From assembly GCA_964611775.1 (NCBI GenBank), contig CAZTEE010000001.1, positions 1 to 32,990 on the forward strand: DNA of 32,990 bases, in the 5' to 3' direction. The translations under genes were made by a program, and so were the position numbers. Every line of letters begins with the position of its first letter. Within the stretch, counting starts at the first letter, position 1. Shown piece after piece: positions 25,851 through 32,990 of the stretch. The DNA comes from an uncultured Phycisphaeraceae bacterium (lineage in GTDB: Bacteria; Planctomycetota; Phycisphaerae; Phycisphaerales; UBA1924). The notes beneath the pieces were generated by a model that made no database searches, had not been told where the DNA came from, and was given only the letters and a program-made list of their open reading frames with translations.

Positions 25851-26706
25851 GAAATGCTCCCGCCGTCCCGTCCGGATCTTCCAGCGGAGGGTAGTGCCCG
25901 ACGCGCTCGTCTAGTTGATACAGCGGCGCCTCGGGCAGCAACTCCTTCCATATCCGAGGCACGTCCTCCCCCGCGACCGGGTCCGCAGCCCCGTTGATCA
26001 GGCACATCGGGATCGACGCCGATTCGAGCGCCCCGACCCAGCGCGAACGCCGGGTCGCGCGCTCACGCAGATACCGAAGCGCGTACGGGACAGTCCGCTG
26101 GCCGGCGTCGTGCCGCAATAGAGTCCAGATAGCGCGGAAGTCTTCTTCTGCAGGCGGGCGAAACGTGCCGAACGCCCGGCCGAGTTTATTTCTGAACACC
26201 GGATACGGCGTCGGGGTGAAGCGCGTCATCAACGGGCCGATCGGCGAGAGCAGAAGTTTCTGCGTTGTTGTCGGGCGTGTTCCTTCTACGAACAGCCCGC
26301 CGTTGACGAAGCACACCGAGATCGGCCGAAACCCGGCTGTCCGTGAATTCCGCTCGATAGATCGCGCGAGAAGTTCCTGCGCCGTAGTTACGCCGTAGGC
26401 GTGCGCGAGAACGTGCGCGCGATCCACGCCGAGATCCGCGAGGAGACTTTCTACGAGGTCGGTGAGATGGTCGATGCCGTAGACCGCGCCGCGCGGCTTC
26501 TCCGAAAACCCCGAGCCGAGCAGATCGGGCGCGATCACGTCGTGCGCCGCAGTGAGCGCGGGCCACATGCGGTGGAATCCCCACGACGCGGTGGGATAGG
26601 CGTGCAGGAGCAGCAGCGGCTCGCCCGATCCGGCGCGAATAAAGAAGAGCCGTCTGCCGCGGACGATCCGAGTTTCACCGAGTGTTCGCCAAGTTTCCGG
26701 TGTCAT
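25810..26706 (-). CDS. MEST-like alpha/beta-fold protein with non-canonical nucleophile elbow (HAYG)
   Basis: Derived from ORF 25810..26997, trimmed to the ATG at 26706. Alpha/beta-hydrolase landmarks are present: LLLLHAYPTASW, DLLGSGFSEKP, the elbow VLAHAYGVTTAQELL, NGGLFVEGTRP, NGAADPV and the C-terminal VGHYPPLEDP. Confidence 0.8.
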   Translation of the reverse strand: MTPETWRTLGETRIVRGRRLFFIRAGSGEPLLLLHAYPTASWGFHRMWPALTAAHDVIAPDLLGSGFSEKPRGAVYGIDHLTDLVESLLADLGVDRAHVLAHAYGVTTAQELLARSIERNSRTAGFRPISVCFVNGGLFVEGTRPTTTQKLLLSPIGPLMTRFTPTPYPVFRNKLGRAFGTFRPPAEEDFRAIWTLLRHDAGQRTVPYALRYLRERATRRSRWVGALESASIPMCLINGAADPVAGEDVPRIWKELLPEAPLYQLDERVGHYPPLEDPDGTAGAFLTFHREHVGPASA

Positions 26707-26756
26707 GCTAGGATCAAGGATATCGGCGGCGTCGATCGCGCGGGCGCCGAGCACGC

Positions 26757-27935
26757 ATGACACACTCGCCGCACGACACACGGGAAGGTTTGGTGACGCA
26801 TCGGCCGCGCGGCGGGAGCGCTCACCCTCTCTTCGGCGCGAACACGCGAACTCTGCTGGCGCTGCTGCGCCGGCACGGGATCCGTCCCGGCGACCGCGCC
26901 GGCGTGCTGCTCGGGGCGCTCGCGTCGAGCCTCGCCCGCGCGCCGATCTCGCTTTGCGAACGCGGGCTGGTCGCGGCCAGGGCGCCCAAGGAATCACCGG
27001 CGCCGATGTTCATACTCGGGCACTGGCGCAGCGGGACCACGCATCTATATAATATATTATCTAAATCGGGCGACTTCGCATACGTCCCGCCGCTGGCGAC
27101 GGGGCTGCCGTGGGACGTGCTGACCCTGGGCCGGGCCCTGCGGCCTTGGCTCGAACGGATGCTCCCGGGCGAGCGATTCATCGACAAAATCCCCGTCAAA
27201 CCGGACTCGCCGCAGGAGGACGAGGCGGCGCTCGCCAACATGCAGCCGGTGTCCTTCTACCACGGGCTTTATTTCCCACGACGGCTGCGCGAAGAGGTCG
27301 AACGCGGCGTGTTCTTTGATGGTCTCGACGCATGCGCGGTCGCGCTGTGGGAACGCCGCTTCCAGCACTTCATAGATAAGATAAGAATCCTCCAGCCCGG
27401 CGGGCGCGTCGTTGTCAAAAACCCCGTTTACACCGCCCGGGTCGCGGCGATGGATCGGCTGTGCCCGGGGGCGCTCTTCGTGCACATCGCCCGCGATCCG
27501 CGCGATGTGTTCTTCTCCATGCGCGGCTTTTATTCGAAACTTCTCGAAGCCTACGCGCTCCAGCCCTACTCGCCCGACGGCGTGGACGAACTTATATTTA
27601 CGGTCTACGAGCGGATGATGGACCGCCTGGAGGCCGACGCCGCGACGCTGCCCGCGGGCAGGTTCATCGAGATCCGGTACGACGATCTGACCGCGGCGCC
27701 GATCGAGTGTCTGCGCACGATCGGCAGCCGACTCGGGCTGCACGAGGAGATCGAGCACGGCGTCCCGGCGTTCCGGGAATACCTGGATTCCGTGTGGAAA
27801 TACGAGAAAAACAGGCACGATCGGCCCGCGGCGGATGTCGCGATGGTCGAGCGTCGCCTGGCACGCCAAATCGAAGGCTTCGAGGCGCGGCGGTCCGGTA
27901 TTATTAATAATAATGCGGCGCGCGTGCCCGCATGA
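26757..27935 (+). CDS. PAPS-dependent sulfotransferase family protein
   Basis: The 5'-PSB loop is PMFILGHWRSGTTHLYNIL. The 3'-PB-like region is VVKNPVYTARV...HIARDPRDVFFS. The N-terminal extension of about 83 aa (HPLFGANTRTLLALLRRHG...) is seen in this bacterial sulfotransferase family. The gene is divergent from the hydrolase-like gene, with a 50-bp gap. Confidence 0.85.
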   Translation: MTHSPHDTREGLVTHRPRGGSAHPLFGANTRTLLALLRRHGIRPGDRAGVLLGALASSLARAPISLCERGLVAARAPKESPAPMFILGHWRSGTTHLYNILSKSGDFAYVPPLATGLPWDVLTLGRALRPWLERMLPGERFIDKIPVKPDSPQEDEAALANMQPVSFYHGLYFPRRLREEVERGVFFDGLDACAVALWERRFQHFIDKIRILQPGGRVVVKNPVYTARVAAMDRLCPGALFVHIARDPRDVFFSMRGFYSKLLEAYALQPYSPDGVDELIFTVYERMMDRLEADAATLPAGRFIEIRYDDLTAAPIECLRTIGSRLGLHEEIEHGVPAFREYLDSVWKYEKNRHDRPAADVAMVERRLARQIEGFEARRSGIINNNAARVPA

Positions 27936-28927
27936 CCGACGTCTCGCTTGTCACCGGCGGCAGCGGCTTCATCGGTTGGTGGGTAGTCCGCACTCTCGTC
28001 GAACGCGGAGAACGCGTCCGTGTGTTCGACCTGTGCGAACCGCCCGAGCGGATCGACGGTGTCGAGTTCGTGCGCGGCTCGGTTAATGATCCGGTGAGCC
28101 TCCGCGCTGCGATGGGCGGGATCCAAAGTGTGCATCATCTCGCGGCGACGGCGGGGTTGTGGAGCCGGGATCGCGGCGTTTACGAACGCGTAAACCATCT
28201 CGGGACCTGCGCGACTCTGGACGCGGCCGCTGCGTGTGGTGTGCGATGTTTCGTGCATGTATCGAGCGCGACGGCGCTTGCTACGAAGCACGCCCGGGCG
28301 GAGCGAGTGTCACGGGACGGCCGGCCGTGGCTCCCCGATCCCGACGGGGCGCTTGGTTCTTATTCGAGGTCGAAGATTCTCGCGGAGCGTGCCGCGTACG
28401 CCGCGAATGCAGACGGGATGTCGGTCGTGGTGGCAACGGTGACGACGCCGCTCGGCCCCGGCGATCGCACGCCGACGCCGCCGACACAACTATTGATTGA
28501 TCTCTTGCGCGGACGGATCCCCGCGATGCTCACTATGACGTGGCGCGTGGCGGATGTGCGCGACACGGCGCACGCGATCGTCGCGGCGGGCGAACTCGGC
28601 GAGCCGGGCCGGCGGTATGTGATCCAAGGCGAGGCGTGGACGACGGATCGGCTGCTGGAATGTGTCGCGTGGGCGAGCGGGTCGCGGATGCCGAAGCTCC
28701 GGGCGCCGTACGCGATCGCTCTGGCGACGGCGCACGCGGGAGAGGCTGCGGCGCGCCTGACAGGGCGGGCGCCGAAGGCCTCGATCGAGGGTGTGCGGCT
28801 TGCGCGGGCGACTATCGATTTATCCGGCGAACCCGGCGCGGGTGATCTCGGCGTCACGATCAGGCCGGCGGATGAATCGATTCGCGACGCGATCGCCTGG
28901 CTGCGCGACAGCGGCATGGTGTCATGA
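27932..28927 (+). CDS. NAD(P)-dependent extended SDR (epimerase/dehydratase or 3beta-HSD-like, HpnA-like)
   Basis: The cofactor motif is VTGGSGFIGWWVV and the catalytic motif is YSRSK. The ATG overlaps the sulfotransferase stop (ATGA). Confidence 0.85.
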   Translation: MTDVSLVTGGSGFIGWWVVRTLVERGERVRVFDLCEPPERIDGVEFVRGSVNDPVSLRAAMGGIQSVHHLAATAGLWSRDRGVYERVNHLGTCATLDAAAACGVRCFVHVSSATALATKHARAERVSRDGRPWLPDPDGALGSYSRSKILAERAAYAANADGMSVVVATVTTPLGPGDRTPTPPTQLLIDLLRGRIPAMLTMTWRVADVRDTAHAIVAAGELGEPGRRYVIQGEAWTTDRLLECVAWASGSRMPKLRAPYAIALATAHAGEAAARLTGRAPKASIEGVRLARATIDLSGEPGAGDLGVTIRPADESIRDAIAWLRDSGMVS

Positions 28928-28938
28928 CCCGCTCTGCG

Positions 28939-31548
28939 TCATGAGCGGTTCGTCGTCGCTCGCGTTGGCGCGCGGAACGTAAGAAGCGCGGGCAGCACGA
29001 TCAGCGTGCTTACGAGCATCGACGCCATGCCGATGCTGAGGACAAGACCCATGCTCGCCATCCCGGGATGGGGACTGAATGCGAGCGACCCGAAGCCGGC
29101 GATCGTGGTGAGCGCGCTGAAGAGCACGCCGCGTGCTGTGGCGGATTCGAGCAGGCGGTCGTGCGTCCCCGCCTTGGAGCGGTGAACGAGGTGGATCGCG
29201 CTGTCGATGCCTACACCCATCAGCAGCGGGAGCGCGATGACATTGGCGAAGTTGAAGGGCTGATCGAGGATCACCATCGCAGCGACAGTCGCAGCGCCCC
29301 CGATCAGGAATGGGGCGAGCGTTTCGATCGCCGTCAACGCGCTGCGGAACGCGAGCAGCGCGATTATCGCGACGGCGATGAACGCCGACAGCAGCGCTTG
29401 GCGGAACGCGGAGATAACGGCGTCTCCGGATTCTGTGTGCGATATCGCCGTGCCGACGACCCGGTCGCTCGTGCCGCGAACTGATGCGATGAACTCGCGC
29501 ATCGCGCGGGGGTTGCCGAGATCGGCGCTCGGGAAGGCTTCGACCCGGTGCGTTCCGTCATCGCTGAGCCAGCGCTCGCGGAGCGACGCCGGCAGCGAAT
29601 CTCGCTCGATGAAGTTCGCGGTGAGCGAGTGACGGATCCGCTCGACGAGCAGCGGGAACGTGCCCAGCCAGGCTTGGCGGAGACGGTCGGCGGCGCGGCG
29701 CGCGTCGGCGGGCGGCATGGTGCGCACCTGCTCGATCCAGCCCATGAGGCGATCACTCAGGCCCACCGCGGCTTCGCGGATCATCCCCGGCGTGTCAGGG
29801 GAATCGGATGTTTTAGATAAGGCATCATTTAATGTTTGAAGCGACCCGAGCGTGTCCGCGAGTGTCGGCGCGGGTGCGGGATCGGCGAGCGGCTCAAGCG
29901 TCGGGCCGAGGATGAGCGCGAGATCGTCGACGAGAGCGAGTTTCGCGTCCTGATCCTCTGGGATGAACGAGCCAAGCCAGACCGCTTTATCGACATGTGG
30001 GGATTCCGCGAGCCGATCGCGTATGCCCGCGGCGGCGTGTTCGTCCCGCGCGAGGATGGTCAGGCTCCAGTGATCCGAGCCGTGGGTCGCGCGGAGTTCC
30101 CGGAGCGTGCGGACGGACTCGGAACGTTGGTCCCGGAGGTTCAAAGGGTCAGTGTCGAAACGTACGCCCGGAATGAGTGCGGCGGCAATGATTGTGATGA
30201 TCGCCGCGGAGATCAGTATCGGTGCGCGATGCCTTTCCGGCGCGTGGATCAGCCAGAGAAGACGGCGACTGTTTACGGGCTTCGGCGGGGTCTTCCATCG
30301 GCTGGGCAGGACCGCCATAAGCGCTGGGAAGAGCGTGAGTGTGGTGATGAGGCTGATAACCATGCCGGTCCCGGCGATTATTCCGAGTTCGGACACGCCG
30401 TCGAACGATGTCGGGATGAAGACATAGAAGCCGACCATAGTCGTGATCGCGCAGATGCAGAGCGAGCCGAGCACGTCGCGGACGGCGCAGCGGAGCGCGG
30501 CCGGCGGCGTGAAGCCCTCGGCGCGTCTTGCGCGGATGTTCAGCGCGAGGTGGATCGCGAAGTCCGCGCCGAGTCCGACATATAGCACCCCGAACGCGAC
30601 CGAGATCAGATTCAGGCGTCCGACGGCGAATGTTGCGAATCCGAGCGTGAGCATCAGCCCGACGGCGAGTGTGAGGAGCGACGCGTTAACAAGCGCGAAG
30701 GACCGCATCGCTAAGAAGAGCAACCCGGCGACTAGGACCACCGAGAGCGGACCGGCGATGCGCATCCCGCTCAGCACGGAGTCCAGTTCGTCGCGCTCGA
30801 GCGCGGTCGGGCCGGTGACGCGAACCCGGGCGCCGAGCGATGCAAGATCCCGGCCGACCTCGGCGTCGTCCACAGCGGCGACGGCGTCGGCTTTGCTCGA
30901 GATGACTGTTGTGTCGAGGTTCGGACGCAGAAGGACAATGCGTTGCGTCTCTGGTTCATCAGCGGGATCGTCGGCGACGGCGCGGCGCCAGGAGAGCTCG
31001 CGCACCGGCCCGGTCCCGGCGGCGTCGGGGATCGTCTCTGCCAACGAGCGGATCAGACGGGCTAGCGTGTCCGCGGGAGCGTCGATGGCGCGGTCGAGCG
31101 CTTCGGCGAGCAGGTCGGACAGGCCTCGAACTGTGGTGTCCGCGACGAGCCTGCCGAGGAACGGCTGAGCGTCGGCGAGTCGCGTCGAGAGCCGGTCCAG
31201 TTCTTCCGCGGAAAGAAATAGCAACCCGTGCCGATCGAAGAACTCTCCGCCGTCGGGCCGGTACGCCTCGGCGAATAGATCGGTGCGCGTAGTTAGATCG
31301 GCGGCGATGAGGTCAGCGGCCTGTTCGGCGCGTTCCGGGGTCGCTGCATCTATCACCGCCACCAGCGATGACTTGGCGCGCGGGAACCTATTCTCATAAT
31401 CGATCTGGTTCCGCTGGAAATCGAGTTCGGATGAGATCAGGTCTTCGGTGCGTGTGTCGATGCGAAGTGTGCGTGCCGCGTGCACGCCGGCGGCGGCGGC
31501 GAGCGAGAGGAACAGCAGCACGATCAGCGCGGAGAGCCGACGGTTCAC
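28939..31548 (-). CDS. hpnN: RND/MMPL-family lipid exporter, HpnN-like (hopanoid transporter family)
   Basis: 869 aa with a GTG start. The N-terminal region RIDTRTEDLISSELDFQRNQIDYENRFP...LVAVIDAATPERAEQAADLIAADL...GGEFFDRHGLLFLSAEEL matches the HpnN-type periplasmic domain. There are two 6-TM MMPL halves. Confidence 0.85.
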   Translation of the reverse strand: MNRRLSALIVLLFLSLAAAAGVHAARTLRIDTRTEDLISSELDFQRNQIDYENRFPRAKSSLVAVIDAATPERAEQAADLIAADLTTRTDLFAEAYRPDGGEFFDRHGLLFLSAEELDRLSTRLADAQPFLGRLVADTTVRGLSDLLAEALDRAIDAPADTLARLIRSLAETIPDAAGTGPVRELSWRRAVADDPADEPETQRIVLLRPNLDTTVISSKADAVAAVDDAEVGRDLASLGARVRVTGPTALERDELDSVLSGMRIAGPLSVVLVAGLLFLAMRSFALVNASLLTLAVGLMLTLGFATFAVGRLNLISVAFGVLYVGLGADFAIHLALNIRARRAEGFTPPAALRCAVRDVLGSLCICAITTMVGFYVFIPTSFDGVSELGIIAGTGMVISLITTLTLFPALMAVLPSRWKTPPKPVNSRRLLWLIHAPERHRAPILISAAIITIIAAALIPGVRFDTDPLNLRDQRSESVRTLRELRATHGSDHWSLTILARDEHAAAGIRDRLAESPHVDKAVWLGSFIPEDQDAKLALVDDLALILGPTLEPLADPAPAPTLADTLGSLQTLNDALSKTSDSPDTPGMIREAAVGLSDRLMGWIEQVRTMPPADARRAADRLRQAWLGTFPLLVERIRHSLTANFIERDSLPASLRERWLSDDGTHRVEAFPSADLGNPRAMREFIASVRGTSDRVVGTAISHTESGDAVISAFRQALLSAFIAVAIIALLAFRSALTAIETLAPFLIGGAATVAAMVILDQPFNFANVIALPLLMGVGIDSAIHLVHRSKAGTHDRLLESATARGVLFSALTTIAGFGSLAFSPHPGMASMGLVLSIGMASMLVSTLIVLPALLTFRAPTRATTNRS

Positions 31549-31600
31549 GCGCGGCGGCTCCGTTGGAGACTTCGAGGTTCACACGTTCGGCGGGCGGCGA

Positions 31601-32440
31601 TCATGGTCGGGGGTCGGGCGAGGGCGGTGACTCGGGCGTGTTGGGCTGATCGTTCTCGTCGTCGAAGATATCGTCGGGGAGTTCGTCGAAGACGGTGTCG
31701 TCGCCGTCCCGTTTTATCGACTGGATAATCTCCCATTGTTTTTGCATGTAACCGCTTTTGACGAAGGAGTATGGTTCGATCGCTTCACGTACGCGGCGTA
31801 CGGAGTCGCGGCGTGACTCGGCTTCGCTGACGGCTCCGACGCCGAGGGTGGCGGTGCGTTCGAGCCCCGAGCCGAGGATTCCGACTGGGCTGAGGATGAT
31901 GCGCATCGGTATGTCGGGCAGGCCGGCGACGCTGGTGGGTCCGATGAGTGGCAGCACGAGATACGGCCCGGGTCCGAGTCCCCAGACGCCCGCTGTGACG
32001 CCGAAGTTTTGTCTGCGATGTTCGAGGCCGAGTGTTGTGGCGGGGTCTGCGATCCCGCCGAACCCTACGGTTGTGTTAGTGATGAAGCGGAGTGTGTCGC
32101 GTCCGGCCCAGCCGAAACGCGCCTGCAGCAGATCGTTGATGATCACGAAAGGCATGGAGAGGTTTCGAAAGAAGTTGCGCACTCCGTAGCGGACTGGTTC
32201 GGGCGTGACGCCGCGATATACGTTCGAGATCGGCTCGGCGACGTGACGGTCGAGGGCCATGTTGGCGCCGAACATCACGCGGTTGGCGGGTTCGAGGGGG
32301 TCGGGCGGGTTTGTCCAGCGTTCGCGCGAAGCGCAGCCGGCGCTCGCGGCGATAATGACGGCGAGTGCCAGGCGATTGAGACGTGCGTGAATGATCGCGC
32401 GGCAATGTCGGCGTGATCGCGGAGGGGGGAAGTCAGTCAT
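31601..32440 (-). CDS. mlaA: MlaA/VacJ-family outer-membrane lipoprotein
   Basis: The lipobox is IIAASAGC. The VacJ core is DPLEPANRVMFGANMALDRHVAEPISNVYRGVTPEPVRYGVRNFFRNLSMPFVIINDLLQ. There is an acidic, Pro-rich C-terminal tail. The ATG overlaps the stop of the upstream MlaC-like gene (ATGACTGA). Confidence 0.9.
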   Translation of the reverse strand: MTDFPPPRSRRHCRAIIHARLNRLALAVIIAASAGCASRERWTNPPDPLEPANRVMFGANMALDRHVAEPISNVYRGVTPEPVRYGVRNFFRNLSMPFVIINDLLQARFGWAGRDTLRFITNTTVGFGGIADPATTLGLEHRRQNFGVTAGVWGLGPGPYLVLPLIGPTSVAGLPDIPMRIILSPVGILGSGLERTATLGVGAVSEAESRRDSVRRVREAIEPYSFVKSGYMQKQWEIIQSIKRDGDDTVFDELPDDIFDDENDQPNTPESPPSPDPRP

Positions 32441-32990
32441 CTTCCTTCTCGCCGCGAGAGAATCCGCGGATTTTTACTTCGATCGTGGAGAGGAGCGCAT
32501 CGAACCCGTCTTTTTTGATGACGGCGTCGTACTGCGAGCGTTTGAGGGCGATGTCGTTCACGCCGTCGACCGCGACTCCGACAACGAGCCAGCGCCCGCC
32601 TTGCTCGCGGAGTTGGTAGTCGAAGCGGTGTGTGTCGCCGGCGCCGGTCGTGAGTGTCGAACGCACCACCGCTACGCGGTCGCGCGGCGTGGTCACGCTT
32701 TCGGTCTTGAACGCGTGCCCGGAGAACGAGTCGAACTCCGCGGCATAGTTGGCGACGCTGTACCGACTGAATGTGTCGATGAACCGGTCGCGGTCGGCGG
32801 GCGGGGCGTCGCTCCAGCGCGAGCCGAGCACCAGTCGGGCGATCGTAGGGAAGTCGAAGAGCGCACGGACTACAGGGTCGAGCGTCGCGAGCCGGTCGTC
32901 GAGGAGCACCCTGGCGCGCACGCGGGCCTCGACGTGCGGGGCATCCTGGAAGGCTGCGCGATGCTCCGGACCGAGCGCCGCGAAGACGAG
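32433..32990 (-). CDS. MlaC/Ttg2D (toluene-tolerance) family periplasmic lipid-binding protein, HpnM-like; 5' end runs off the window
   Basis: The family pattern is DFPTIARLVLGSRWSDAPPADRDRFIDTFSRYSVANYA...VVGVAVDGVNDIALKRSQYDAVIKKDGFDALLSTIE. The frame stays open to position 32990 (LVFAALGPEHRAAFQDAPHVEAR...), so the gene is partial. Confidence 0.8.
   Translation of the reverse strand, partial: LVFAALGPEHRAAFQDAPHVEARVRARVLLDDRLATLDPVVRALFDFPTIARLVLGSRWSDAPPADRDRFIDTFSRYSVANYAAEFDSFSGHAFKTESVTTPRDRVAVVRSTLTTGAGDTHRFDYQLREQGGRWLVVGVAVDGVNDIALKRSQYDAVIKKDGFDALLSTIEVKIRGFSRGEKEDD

Overview
High-GC bacterial chromosomal window (roughly two-thirds G+C by eye). I support about 29 protein-coding genes and recognised no rRNA, tRNA, CRISPR array, transposase or integrase. 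PEP-CTERM and dockerin-like secreted proteins, hopanoid genes and GC-rich palindromic repeats suggest a Planctomycetota/Phycisphaerae-like organism, but that is inference only.

The left two-thirds is mostly housekeeping: an ExbB-like channel, ptsN, rsmB, a MacB-type permease, a PpiD-like chaperone, rpsD, purF, a flavin reductase, a threonine/serine dehydratase, rlmN, dinB, fliM and dsbD.

Two loci are hopanoid/isoprenoid-linked:
- ispH sits divergent from the three-step squalene operon hpnC-hpnD-hpnE (15.5-20.0 kb).
- A right-hand lipid island spans 24.85-32.99 kb. It holds an HpnL-like flippase-fold protein, a MEST-like alpha/beta-fold protein, a sulfotransferase and an HpnA-like SDR. These converge on a translationally coupled hpnM(MlaC-like)-mlaA/vacJ-hpnN(RND) operon.

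The most unusual observations are:
1. An approximately 270-nt in-frame, low-GC insertion inside rlmN that carries the window's intergenic palindromic repeats.
2. A sulfotransferase, plus an alpha/beta-fold protein with Ala at the nucleophile position, embedded in hopanoid-transport genes.
3. An Mla-type shuttle pair coupled to an RND pump instead of an MlaFEDB ABC system.
4. Strong over-representation of AT-only TTATAW words, written into many unrelated ORFs with rare codons.

Many long ORFs in the supplied track are antisense or alternate-frame shadows typical of high-GC DNA and were rejected.
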